Below are positions 13,485 to 25,705 of a stretch of 64,000 nt of DNA, piece after piece. The translations under genes were made by a program, and so were the position numbers. Numbering within the stretch: position 1 is the stretch's first letter; each line of letters opens with the position of its first letter. The notes under the pieces were generated by a model that saw only the letters and a list, made by a program, of their open reading frames with translations, was not told the origin of the DNA and searched no databases. Source of the stretch: Chiloscyllium plagiosum (taxonomy: Eukaryota); the NCBI RefSeq assembly GCF_004010195.1, contig NC_057718.1:22668303-22732302 (forward strand). Reading direction: 5' to 3'.

Positions 13485-13772
13485 ACTATTATAGGACAAG
13501 CCAAACAGAGAACAGCCAGAGAATTCCTAGAGGCATGGCACTCATCCACAGATTCTATCAACAAACACATCGACCTGGACCCAATATACCGGCCACTACA
13601 GCGGACAGCTGGAACTGACAACTGGAAGCAGCAGAGACAAACCACTATAAATGCCGGAGGAAACATCACAGAAGCGCTTCACAGGAGGCTCCCAAGCACT
13701 GAGGATGTCACCTAGACAGGGGACGAAACGTCTGCAACACAAATTCCCAGCTCGGCGAACAGAACCACAATA
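13485..13772 (+). mobile_element. 5'-truncated Penelope-like element (GIY-YIG C-terminus plus terminal repeat)
   Basis: Reads IIGQAKQRTAREFLEAWHSSTDSINKHIDLDPIY; flanked by 12-bp direct repeat GGGATATCTAAT (13473-13484 and 13773-13784). Confidence 0.85.
13696..13735 (+). ncRNA. Minimal type-I hammerhead ribozyme motif (PLE-associated)
   Basis: gca-CTGAGGA-t-gtcacct/agac/aggggac-GAAA-C-GTC-tgc: intact core, stem II, 3-bp stem I and ACGU palindrome in place of stem III. Confidence 0.75.
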
Positions 13773-14563
13773 GGGATATCTAATCTCCTGTAGCAGTGCA
13801 GCACACCCTTAGTCCAGCGCTATGCAACACATTCTGAGTCAGGGATAGAAATGCTTCCAACTAAACGAAGCTGATGTATGATTATGTTGTGTAGGAGGAT
13901 CTTTAGTATCACTAGTTTCTGTTATGTTGGGTGCTATGCTTGTGTCCAGTCTATGAATACAAGTCTGTACTAATTGCCTATTTCAGCTCTTCAGTGACTC
14001 TGCAGTTGATTAGCTATATGGGCTGGGTACATGTGAGTTTCTTGGGTTTTTAATGGCACTGTATCTCAATCTACCTGCACTGTCAGCTAGCAATGTTCTG
14101 TTGTATTCTGTTTTGCTTTGTCAACTTGCTTTCTACTGTGATTATCATTAATGTGTAGGATGAAACAATGGTCTGGCTTCGCGAACTGCCTTTTGTTCTA
14201 CTCGCCATTCATATATCCTTAACTGATAACTAACTGTAAAGTCGAGTCAGCATTTGATTTGTGGTTTCCTATTAGAGATGCATTCAGGCAATTAGTCTGA
14301 AATCATGGGACAAAGGCTTTAATATAATAGCTGAGGACATTTCTTCTTCTGCATTTGCCAGACAGTAATTGTCCACACATCATCTTTGGTGGCTAGATAT
14401 CACAGGCTTTCACAGTGTGGAAGCGCAATAACAATCAGTGAAGCCTCTTTTTCTCATCAAATGTAGTAAGTTTCTTTCAATCTTCAATATGGTCCTCCAA
14501 ATCTAGACAATCTTCTTCTATTGACTGAAACTTTGATTTCTCAGCTTGCTCATTTTATTTAAA

Positions 14564-14778
14564 AGTCAAAGGTGTGGAAAAGCACAGCTGATCGGGCAGC
14601 CTCCGAGGAGCAGGAGAGTCGATGTTTTGGGCATAAACTCTTCATCAGGAATGTGGAAGAAGAGCTTATGCTCGAAACGTCGACTCTCCTGTTCCTCAGA
14701 TGCTGCCTGATCAGCTGTGCTTTTCCAGCACCACACTTTTTGACTCTGATCTGCAGCATCTGCGGTGGTCACTTTCTC
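14564..14778. mobile_element. Fold-back (inverted) PLE-derived element
   Basis: 14564-14650 is an imperfect reverse complement of about 14654-14745; each arm contains a decayed hammerhead core. Confidence 0.8.
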
Positions 14779-15127
14779 CATTTTTTTTCAATTCATGTAA
14801 CTTTGTCTGAACATCCTCCAGTTTGCTGTTATCACCCAGTGCAGCATCATTGATCTCACTTTATGTCAGTTTATGGGGAGTGATAACCATTTAATTGACA
14901 AATTATGTTTTACTTCTTCCTTGGTAATTCTGTCACAGCTTTCCAAAGACTGGTATTTAAATTACATTTTCCTTTTTGTCTTAAATTATTTCCATTCAAG
15001 AAAACCAATTTTGCAAGCAGCTGACATTGGATGCACAATGTTCTTAAAGTTCCTGGCTCTCTCTCTGAACAGAATCTTAACAGCATTATTTCTGATTAAT
15101 CTTAATATGATTCCAGTTTTGCTGTTA

Positions 15128-16085
15128 TAGAGTCATAGAGATGTTCAGTATGCAAACAGACCCTTCAGTCCAATTTGTCCATGCTGACCAGATATTCCAA
15201 CCTAACCTAGCCCCATTTGCTAGCACTTGGCCCATATCCCTCTCAATTCTTCCTATTCGTATACTCATTCAGATGCTGTTTAAATGGTGTAATTATACCA
15301 GCCCCCACCCCATCCTCTGACAGCTCATTCCGTACACACCCCACCCTCTGTGTAAAACAGTTGCCCCTTAGGTCACTTTTATATCTTTCCCCTCTCGCCA
15401 TGTGCCCTCTAGTTTTGGACTCCCTCACCCCAGGGAAAAGACCTTGTCTGTTTATCCTATTCATGCCCCTCATGATTTTATAAATCTCTATCTCAGCCTC
15501 CGACGCTCCAGGGAAAACATCCCCAGTCAATTCAGCCTCTTCCTACAGCTTAAATCCTCCAATCCTGGCATCATCCTTGTAAATCTTTTTGAACCATTTC
15601 AAGTTTCAGGACATGCTTTCAATAGGAAGGAGACCAGAATTGCATGCAATATTCCAAAAGTGGCCCAATCAATGTCCTCCGCAAATTGACCTCCCAACTC
15701 CTATACTCAATGCTCTGACCAATAAAGGAAAGCATGCCAAATGCCTTCTTCACTATCCTATCTACGCTCAACTCTACTTCCAAAGAACTATAAAGCTGCA
15801 CTCCAAGGTCTCTTTGTTCAGTAACACTCCCCAGGACCTTACCATTAAGTGTATAAGTCCTCCTCTGATTTGCTTTTCCAAAAGGCAAAATTGATCTAAA
15901 TTAAACTCCATCTGCCACTTCTCAGTCCACTGGCCCATCTGATCAAGATCCCGTTGTAATCTGAAGTAACATTTTTTGCTGTCCACTACATTGGTGTCAT
16001 TTGCAAACTCACTTATTTACTATACTTCCTATGTTCACATCTAAATCATTTATATAAATGATGAAAAGCAGTGGACCCAGCAACT
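15128..16085 (-). mobile_element. CR1 (HER1-like) LINE 3' fragment
   Basis: Minus ORFs LQRDLDQMGQWTEKWQMEFN, LEYCMQFWSPSY and SKTRGH...RGNCFTQRV; tail atagagtcatagag. Confidence 0.9.
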
Positions 16086-16515
16086 AATTCCTTTGTATTC
16101 CTCCAATATAAAATGGTCACATCAATCCGGATAAATCTTAAGCAAGAATGTATTCAGAGTAATTTCTAAGCTTGGATGTCTAACTCTTTAGTGGTTTTAT
16201 TGTGTGAAAGATTGTACTGCTCACTGTTGTTAGTAAAAATGTAGAAACACCAGAAGGATACTGCTACACTGACAATTGATGTGTTATTACCTTGTATCTC
16301 AGAAATTATTGGACCTATGTAAATCTCAATAATCCAAAACATCTTGTACATGTATTTTGGAAAATGAATTTTAAGAATTTGCTGGAAAGTACAACATGCT
16401 ACTCTCCACAGAGTCTCTGTTACAATTTATTTCATATATTATTAGAGTTACATGATCTTGTGGGTCTTTTGAAGGTAGTTTGCTGAAATGTAATTATTTT
16501 TCCTTCTTAAAACAG

Positions 16516-16575
16516 AAAGATACAGAAGATGAAGTTAGAGAAATAATTCGCAATAATCTTCACCTTCAGGGGAAA
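16516..16575 (+). CDS. RYR2: RYR2 exon (~ex73), 60 nt: KDTEDEVREIIRNNLHLQGK
   Basis: ttcttaaaacag acceptor and AAA|gtaggt donor. Confidence 0.96.
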
Positions 16576-18976
16576 GTAGGTATCTGGAGTTACTATCTAC
16601 TTGCTAAGCAATTGCAGTTTGTGTGTGTTTGTGAAATTGCTTTCTATTGATTGCATTGCTGTGCTCAAGCATGAATTACATACAAGTTGCATTGCAATGG
16701 CTGTTTTGTTGTGTAAAATCTTTTAACTACTCATTTCACATATCCATCTCTCTCTTCCTGCATGCCTGCATGCTGCCTTTCATTATTGAGCCTTTTATTT
16801 CAAGAGACTGCTGAAGACACTAACCGTAATTGTGAAATGGATGCAGAGCAAATCTTCCAAATCCATTTCAAGGCTCACTAACTCAGGTCCAGATATGCCA
16901 GCACTTACATTTATAAACGTTTGACCATGCAAAAATATGCTGTTCATTTGGCTTTATTCTCAGAGATGAACCAGCTCCTTTGTCAGCTTCTAAAAAAAAT
17001 GATTTTTTTTCTTGACTATGTGTTTCTGAAGAGACACTCGAAGACCCCCAAGAGTATTTTGGGATGCTGGTTGCTAAACTTAGGTGAAGCGCATGCTTTG
17101 CTTAGATGCTACAAGCTGTGTCTACTCATACAGGATAGTCATCTAAATCTGAATAATTGAATTGATTACTAATAAAAAAGAGATGCTTAATCTTCTGTGG
17201 TGTGTTAATGTTCTATTTTTAATTGATTTTTCAATAGAATAGTGCTGTCTTTGTATATTTATAAAACTACTTGCCTTTGTAGAATGTGCTATCACAATTT
17301 ATATTTTAATGTTATGGAATGACCTATTTAATGTACAGATGTGAATAAATGAATGATTGATGTTGGTTTCAATGCCATTGGTCTACAATTGGCAACACCT
17401 TAAATTTGAATAATATTTCACTTATGCCTTGGGACACATCTTGATTCTCTTACATTAATGTTGCATATAAAATGATCTTATCCAACCAGAATTTTTTTTT
17501 ACAAGATATCTTCTTCTTTTCATCTTAAATGTACATCAAATTAATGGGAATTTGAAGTGTACCAGTTCCATTTTTATTGCCTTCTCTGACTCAAAGAGTT
17601 TTACCATGTTTTCTAATGCAACCTGTACATTATATCAAAATGAGCTCAGGGTTACTGTTTGTAAATTAAATAAATACATTAGATCATTTGACTTTTAGTT
17701 AATACTGATATCTCAAATGAATCTTTGAGAGAAAATTACTGAATAAACCACTTTTCAGTACAAATGATCAACCACCTGATGCCCTTTCATTAAAATGCAC
17801 TGAATACATCACAGCTATTGACACTTCAGTGTATCCCTCATTATCTATTAATTGCACATACATAGTGAGTGTCAGTGACCAAGTGGTCTTGTGTCACAAT
17901 GTCCCACCTGCCTCAGAGGTGTGTCATAATATCTCAAAATAGATTAATTAAGAATTATATAGTCATGGGATCTTGTAGAATGATGGTAATATACAAATCC
18001 CTAGGCCAGAAGATTTGGATTCCAGTCCCACCTGTTCTGGAACAGTGTCAGAACTTTTCCAGGCCATTAAAATCTAGTACCAAATCAAGGGGATTTCAAG
18101 GTGACTAGTAACAGTAATGTCAGGATATGAGGAAACAGCCAATGACATTAAAATATTCCCACAGCTAACCATCCAAGAGGTTAAAAGCACAGAATTTCCT
18201 TATTTCAGATAGCACAATAAATATTTCTGATTGAGATTGTATTAAGACTGAAGCTAAACTTTTATGAATAAGCTTCTAAAAATGTTATTTTAAAACTTGT
18301 GTGTGGGGGAATGGCATTCCAATTATGATCTTCGGCTTTCAGCAGCTGTTATAAATTTGGTATATGACTATAAACCCTGTAGCAACTCATGCAACTAGGT
18401 GTAACTTTTTCAATTTTTTTTACAGTTAAACTAATAATGAAGAAGTAGAATGTTTCGTCAATTCACTGATTGCTTAGACATTTCGCTCTTGAGAATTTAA
18501 ATAACACACTTGCAAGAGGAGCTTAGATTGACTGACAGCAGCTTCTGCATTTCCATGGTATTCTGTACATTTGCAGACTCCCAAAGTACTGCTAGTTTCA
18601 AAGCTTGGAGAGTGTATTGATTAGCAATGTTTGTGTATAGATGGCCAACACTCAAGTTTGGATCATTATAACCATTGTAAAGTCCGGGAAAGTGTCAAAA
18701 AAACCTGTAGTCTGGAATAAATTTAAATAATATAAATATTGCAATAAGTACAACAAAATGGAAATGATCGCAATGCTGCAACCTTCATCCTATCCCAGGA
18801 TTCAGTAATCATTTTATTTTATTTGGATTTTACTTTTGCATTTTTGACATTACCTAAATGTCTCAGATCTTGAGCTTGGTTGCTTTGCAATCATTCCCAA
18901 GATTTGATTACTTTTTCATATGCTGGTTTCTACAATCACATGATTGTGGTGTTCTGCAGTCTTGGTGGTTATCTAT

Positions 18977-19230
18977 AGTCATAGAGTCAGAGAGATGTAC
19001 AGCATGGAAACAGACCCTTCGGTCCGACCCGTCCATGCCGACCAGATATCCCAACCCAATCTAGTCCCACCTGCCAGCACCCGGCCCATATCCCTCCAAA
19101 CCCTTCCTATTCATATACCCATCCAAATGCCTCTTAAATGTTGCAATTGTACCAGCCCCTCTCACCCTAAACCTATGCCCTCTAGTTCTGGACTCCCTGA
19201 CCCCAGGGAAAAGACTGTGCCTGTTTACCC
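18977..19230 (-). mobile_element. CR1 LINE 3' end fragment
   Basis: tagtcatagagtcagagagatgtacagcatggaaacagacccttcgg..., same family as 15128 and 42963. Confidence 0.85.
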
Positions 19231-19748
19231 CTCTTCAATTGTTTACTTTCTCTTCAGCTTTGCTTTGATTTTAGTACTGTTTTAATTTTGGTGAATTATT
19301 TACACAATAAAACGTTAAAAAACTTATGGAGAAAATGTACGGCTCTAGTTTAATCTCAAAGTTTAGATAATGTTCAGAAATCATTTGACTCTTTGTCCTT
19401 ATAACTTCTGAACATCTGAACTGTTGCTATTTGATACAGCTTTACTACATTCAGGACAGTCCATACTTCTACATATGTATACAGTCATTTTCTATATCTT
19501 TCATCTTACTTTCCTGATCACTATTTAAATTTGAGTTGTTCAAACTCCACAAGTGGCTAAATTTTAACAGCAGTGGGGTGAGCAGTGCAATCGAAAACAT
19601 TTATTGATTTTCTTGGTTCAAGGTTCTGTATTCTGAACTAAATAGAATTCAATGTGAGCTTTAATAAAACATTTGCACAGAGATAGAAGAATTATCTTTG
19701 CTCATGCATGCTCCTGTGTATATCACTAACACTTGTTCTTTCCCACAG

Positions 19749-19883
19749 TTGGAAGATCCTGCCATTAGGTGGCAGATGGCCCTTTACAAAGATCTACCTA
19801 ACAGGAATGAAGCTTCATCTGATCCAGAGAAAACGGTGATGCGTGTGCTGGATATTGCCAATGTGATCTTCCACTTGGAGCAG
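19749..19883 (+). CDS. RYR2: RYR2 exon (~ex74), 135 nt: LEDPAIRWQMALYKDLPNRNEASSDPEKTVMRVLDIANVIFHLEQ
   Basis: Branch-like cactaac, ttctttcccacag acceptor and CAG|gtctga donor. Confidence 0.97.
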
Positions 19884-20429
19884 GTCTGAGGATTTAATTC
19901 AAGTGATTATAATTTGTAAATACACACTTTCTGAGGAACTGATTTTAAAATAGGGGTTAAATGGGGTGAAAGGCAGGGGGTAAAGGGGAGTTATAGTGGG
20001 AAGAGATTGAGGGGACCCCAAACGAAGGGAATAGGAGAGGCAGGCAGCAGGTGGAAAGACTTTTGTGAGGCCTGTCCGATCGCAGTGCCTGAAATGTGTA
20101 AAGCACACGGTTCTTGTTCACACGGTTGTATTACTCCCAGATCCTGTGGCGATGATCGAACACTAATTTGTGTGCCTTAACAAGATGCCTGTCTGAAAGA
20201 GGCCATAACTTTGGTTTGTATTTGTAGTAATACTTGGGAATGTCAGCAGGTTTATCAGGAATAGGAAATTCAACAGTCTTTTGGAGCTGACAGCTGAATT
20301 ATCCCAATTTTTTTGCCAAAGTGCTTTTCGAGTGAGATCCAATGTGGACCATCTACCGTGGTCCATGTCAACATTCCCACGCAAGCTTCTACTCCTTGGC
20401 TCATGACTTATGCATCCAGCCAGTCGCGT

Positions 20430-20790
20430 TGTGAAATAGTAGTAATGTTACTGGACTGGTAATCCAGAATTCCAGGCTAATCTTCCTGGAGCATGGATTC
20501 AAATCCTACCATTCCAGATAGTAAAATTTGAATTCAATCTAAAAAGGAATTCTGGAAGAAAAGGGAGAAAAAAGCTAATCCAGTGACAACTGCTGTCAAT
20601 TATCATAAAAATCCATCTGGTTCACTGATGTGGTTTAGGGAAGGAAGTCTGCAGTCCTTACCTGGTCTGTTTGCATGTGATTTCAGTCCCACACCAAAGT
20701 GATTGACTCTTAACTGTCCTCTGGGCAATGATGATTGGGTAATAACGTAAAATCTGGCCAGTGACATCCACGTGCCACTAACAAATAAAC
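20430..20790 (+). mobile_element. Shark tRNA-derived SINE (second family; related copy on the minus strand at ~27720-28050)
   Basis: Head gtaatgttactggactggtaatccaga...ggattcaaatcc and a body shared with 27720-28050; family name not assigned. Confidence 0.6.
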
Positions 20791-21399
20791 ACGAAGGTCT
20801 CATGGATAGCGTGATAGAAGCAGAAGTGCTTAATACTGCTGGGATGTCGCAATGTTCATACCGCTGGCTCCATAATAAGCCCCGGCTTCATAGTATTTCA
20901 GATGCTGCCAGCCAGGAACTGCCCATATACATTTGTTCTGTATCATTTTAATCATGAAAATGGCTCAAATAGGAATATTAAGTGATGACGGATGGGAGGA
21001 CAGTGCTATATCCTCCAGCCTTGGCAAAAGAGACCATTCACCAGACCCAGGAGATGGCGACCCAGGTCAGTTCTGTGTTCTGGGTTTAATGCAATGTAGA
21101 GCAGTCCCTGGCACTGTGAAGCAATAATGCTAACCACTGACTCACTGTGCCACCTTAGGTTTCGTCTCATTGATGAAAATATGCCTCATAACCAGGTACA
21201 GAGAGTGAAGAATAAACATTAGGCTTCTCATCCCATATCTGGAAGAGTGCTGGAGCTGGGTTGAGAAAAAGTGACCGCTCAAGAGGGGATGTGGAGACTA
21301 AATGAGTTTCATAGTACTGCACTGCTCTACTATTAACGCTAGTGCTCACTTATTTCTTAACCTGCACAAGCCTTTAGCCTTTTTATCCACAACTATTGC

Positions 21400-22400
21400 C
21401 ATCTCTCCTCTTAAGCAGGCACTAGTGGGACCTAGCGAAAGACTGCAAGTCAGAGGCCAGCACCATTGACGCTGAGCTTCACTTCCATCTCTGAGGGGGA
21501 AGCCACTCATCCCTCAGAGGATCTAACAGCAAGACTTCCACCTGCACCTTCCACCAGCTCAGAGACTTTCACCTTGGTGGGAGCTTTTTACGGATTAGAC
21601 TCAGGATCACAATCTGGCAAACATATCACTGTCACATCTCAGCAGAGCTTCAGACACTTGGAGAACTGTCAGAAACCTTGCTGAGGCACTTGCTCAGCCC
21701 CAGGCAGAAGATAATCTTACGGCCTCAGCAATTAATGACTTCATCAAAATGCATAGCAAGGCACAAGAACAGCAGACAGGTTTATCAGAGACAGTCTATT
21801 AGCTGGATCGAAAGACAGAGGATTCCATCAATTTTATCAGTGCCATCTGGCTTCAGTATATGTGCTTGTGGTTGCCTTCATACATCATGTGGTAACTACA
21901 ATGGACAGCCAGGTCTTGCACAGCTAGTGTTTTATGTGCAGGTACCTGTACTCCATTGCTGTAGCCATGGGTGCTCAGTATCAATGGCAAGGTGAGAAGG
22001 GTATGAGCAACCTCAACCTCTTGGAAGATAGGGTAGTGTAAGCAGATACCCATAGGGAGAAAAAGAAGCAACAGGCAGAACTCTACTAAGTTACCCCTAA
22101 GAATTTAGCAGAGGTACCTGTCCCCTATACCTTTGCCCATGTCTGTGATACTGAAGCCTACAAAAGCCTAAGCATAGAATGTTGGACCTGCAGCCGGGCA
22201 GGGCATCCAGTATCCCTGGGCACTTTAGGTCCATATATGCCAGGGCATGAGCAACCTAGTCAACAGCGCCAACTACAAAGTTGGTTCCCTCCACTCCAGA
22301 TGCCAAGGTTGGGCCTGCAGTTTGACATCGTGGAAGGGAGAGGACAAACAAAACCTATTGAGGGCACAGGGATGGTAAAGGTGATACTTCATTGTCAACA
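21400..22400 (+). mobile_element. Possible decayed second (accessory) gene of a Harbinger transposon
   Basis: Broken S/P/T-rich frame EGEATHPSEDLTARLPPAPSTSSETFTLVG...SGSQSGKHIT, convergent with the Harbinger nuclease remnant at 25706-26460. The assignment is inference; no Myb motif was seen. Confidence 0.3.
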
Positions 22401-22532
22401 ACAAATATTAGCTTTTGTTAATACAGTATACATACACTCGCACTCTTAAAATCTCTGCTATAGGTTCTTTGTAGCTGTTGGACCTGGTTAACTTACACGT
22501 GTGAGAGAAATGAGATGAGTGGCCTTGTCAAA

Positions 22533-22825
22533 CACGGTGGCTCAGTGGTTAGCACTGCTGCCTCACAGCACCAGGGACCTGGGTTAGATTCCCGCCTCAG
22601 GCAACTGTCTGTGTGGAGTTTGCACATTCTCCCTGTGTCTGTGTGGGCTTGCTCCGGTTTCCTCCCACAATCCAAAATTGGCCATGCGAAATTGCCCATA
22701 GTGTTAGGTGCGTTAGTCAGGGTTAAATGAGGGAATGGGTCTGGGTGGGTTACTCTTCAGAGGGTCAGTGTAGACTTGTTGGACTGAAGGGCCTGTTTCC
22801 ACACTGTAGAGAATCTAATCTAATC
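22533..22825 (+). mobile_element. HE1/V-SINE
   Basis: cacggtggctcagtggttagcactgctgcctcacagc...gggcctgtttccacactgtagagaatctaatctaat. Confidence 0.92.
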
Positions 22826-23070
22826 ACAAGGATGACAGTTGGTCATTGACAAGTATTGCTCATTACTTACAAACATATAGCATTAGGATTCACTGATCCT
22901 TTAGCTATGGTGTTAATGATTAGGGCCAAGGCACTGCACTTAAATGTTCACAATACTGAGGTGAAAAGCAATGTGCAGGGATTAGATGGGGGCCTGCCCT
23001 GCACAAATCAGCCACACCTACATGCACATCATAAGTGAGAGCACTGAATCAGTGATGATTTCACATCACT

Positions 23071-23308
23071 GGGGGGTAGGTATAGGACAGATGTTAGGGG
23101 TAGGTTCTTTACTCAGCGAGTCGTGAGTTCATGGAATGCCCTGCCAGTAGCAGTAGTGGACTCTCCCTCATTATGGGCGTTTAAGCGGGCATTGGATAGG
23201 CATATGGAGGATAGTGGGCTAGTGTAGGTTAGGTGGGCTTGGATCGGCGCAACATCGAGGGCCGAAGGGCCTGTACTGCGCTGTATTCTTCTATGTTCTA
23301 TGTTCTAT
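23071..23308 (+). mobile_element. Short young CR1 3' end
   Basis: Closely matches the reverse complement of 38977-39185; tail ttctatgttctatgttcta. Confidence 0.88.
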
Positions 23309-23639
23309 TTCCATTGCCAGTGTGTCATCCTGTCTTTCTGCTTTTCAAGGCAAGGCAAGTGAACAATGAGAAGTTCATGTCCCTACTGTCCCTTCAGTTG
23401 CCTGTTGAGAGGAACTGAAGCAATTGCTGCCTTTCTCTGGCCATGCAATGTTACTGTCTCCATAACTGCTGTTGTCTCCCAAATGGTAAGGAGGACCTGT
23501 AAATTGTGGGTACAGAAAGGTGGGATCAGCCAAAAGTTACCACATGAACAGTCATAAGGTTGAGAATGTATTTATTCAGCAACAAAATATTTCAAGGAGC
23601 GCAGAAATAACTAGGTTCACATATATGGCAAAGTTAAAT

Positions 23640-23837
23640 ATCATACAACACCAGGTTATAGTACAACAGGTTTATTTGGAAGCACTAGCTTTCGGACCGC
23701 TGCTCCTTCATCAGGTAGTTGTTATCAGCAGCGCTCTGAAAGGTAGTACTTCCAAATAAACCTGTTGGTCTATAACCTGGTGTTGTGTGGTCTTTAACGT
23801 TGTCCACCCCAGTCCAACACTGGCTCCTCCACATCAT
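23640..23837. mobile_element. Fold-back element of another family with a hammerhead core (probably PLE-derived)
   Basis: acaacaccaggttatagtacaacaggtttatttggaagcactagctttc is mirrored by gaaaggtagtacttccaaataaacctgttggtctataacctggtgttgt; minus strand acCTGATGAaggagcagcggtccGAAAgctagt. Confidence 0.75.
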
Positions 23838-23844
23838 CAGATAT

Positions 23845-25705
23845 ATGACCTTAAGGATGATGAGCTTACATCATGGATCAGTACTTGAGCCTGTGAGATT
23901 GTGGCCATTACAGACACTGGGATATCACAGGGGCAGGAATGGGGTTGTTGGATGTCCCAGGGATTAGACATTTCAAAAGGATTTGGGGGGAGGTAAAAGG
24001 GGTGGGGGAATGGCCTTGCTAATCAGGGACAGTATCACAGCTGCAGAAAGGGAGGTCAACGAGGAGGGTTTGTCCACAGAGTCAGTATGGATGGAAGTCA
24101 GAAACAGGAAAGGAACTGTCACATTACTGGGAGTTTTCTACAGAGCCTCCAATAGCAACAGAGACACAGAGAAACAGATTGGGAGGCAGAGTTTGGAAAG
24201 GTGCAGAAGTAACCAGGGTTGTTGTCATGGGTGACTTTAACATCCCTAGTATTGATTGGAATCTCCTTAGTTCAAATAGTTTGCATGGAGCAGTTTTTGT
24301 CAGGTATGTCCAGGAAGGGTTCCTGACTCAATGTATAGACAGACCGATGAGAGAGGAGGCCATACTGGATTTGGTGTTTGGTAACAAATTATGCCAAGTG
24401 TTAGATCTCTCAGTGGGAGAGCTTTTCAGTGATAAAAATCACAACTCCCTGACCTTTACTATACTCATGGAGAGGGATAAGAGCAGATAATATGGGAAAG
24501 TAATTGGGGGAGGGGGAATTACAATGCCATTAGGCAAGAACTGTGGAAGACAGAGGGTGGTAGTAGATGGAAAGTATTCACCCTGGAGCTCGGTGACCAG
24601 TCGTGTTCTGCAAGGATCTGTTCTGGGACCTCTGCTCTGTGGTTTTTATAAATGACTTGGTTGAGGAAGTGGAAGTGTGGGTTAGTAAGTTTGCCGATGA
24701 CATGAGGTTTTGTAGAGTTTTGGATAGTGTGGAGGGCTGTTGGAGGTTGCAGCCGAATATTGACAGAATGTAGAATTGGGCTGATAAGTGGAAAATGGAG
24801 TTCAACTTGGAAAAATGTGAAGTCATTAATTTTAGAAGGTCAAATTTGAATGCAGAATACAGGGTTAAAGGCAGGATTCTTGGCAGTGTGGAGGAACAGA
24901 GGGATCTTGGGGTCCATGTCCATAGATCCCTCAAAGTTGCCACCCAAGTTGATATGATTGTTAAGAAGACGAATGGCATGTTGGCTTTCATTAGCAGGGG
25001 GCTTGAGTTTAAGAGCTGTGAGGTTATGCTGCAGCTCTATAGAGCCCTGCTTAGACCACAATTGGAATATTGTGTTTAGTTCTGGTCGCCTCAATATAGG
25101 AAGGATGTGGAAGCTTTAGAGAGGATGCAGAGGAGATTTATCAGGATCTTGTCTGGAATGGAGGGCTATGATAAAAGGTTTAGGGAGCTAGGGCGTTTCT
25201 CATTGGAGCGAAGAAGGATGAGAAGTGACTTGATAGAGGTGTAAAAGATGATGGGAGGGATAGATAGAGTGAATAGATTAGATTAGATTAGATTAGATTA
25301 CTTACAGTGTGGAAACAGGCCCTTCGACCCAACAAGTCCACACCGACCCGCCGAAGCGTAACCCACCCAGACCCATTCTCCTACATTTACCCCTTCACCT
25401 AACACTACGGGCAATTTAACATGGCCAATTCACCTAACCTGCACATTTTTGGTTTGTGGGAGGAAACCGGAGCACCCGGAGGAAACCCACGCAGACACGG
25501 GGAGAACGTGCAAACTCCACACAGTCAGTCGCCTGAGGCGGGAAGTGAACCCGGGTCTCTGGCGCTGTGAGGAAGCAGTGCTAAACACTGTGCCACCGTG
25601 CCGCCCTAAATAGCTAGAGACTTTTTCCCAGGGTGGAAATGGCTATCACGAGGTGGCATAATTTTAAGGTTATTGGAGGAAGGTTTAGGGGAGATGTCAG
25701 AGGTA
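23845..25705 (+). mobile_element. CR1 LINE ORF2, internally deleted, with a nested HE1 SINE
   Basis: EN motifs GGGMALLIRDSI...ESVWMEVRN and VMGDFNIPSIDW; RT motifs SKFADD, QRDLGVHV and RPQLEYCV. Confidence 0.92.
25277..25606 (-). mobile_element. Young HE1/V-SINE inserted in CR1
   Basis: Full-length copy with (ATTAG)n tail; AATAG on both sides (25272-25276 and 25609-25613) interrupting the CR1 DRVNS...LFP region. Confidence 0.95.

Noticed and set aside
20000..20950. Faint Harbinger-like words (FIRNRKFNSL, PWLMTY) on the + strand
   Set aside because: Too degenerate to distinguish from chance.
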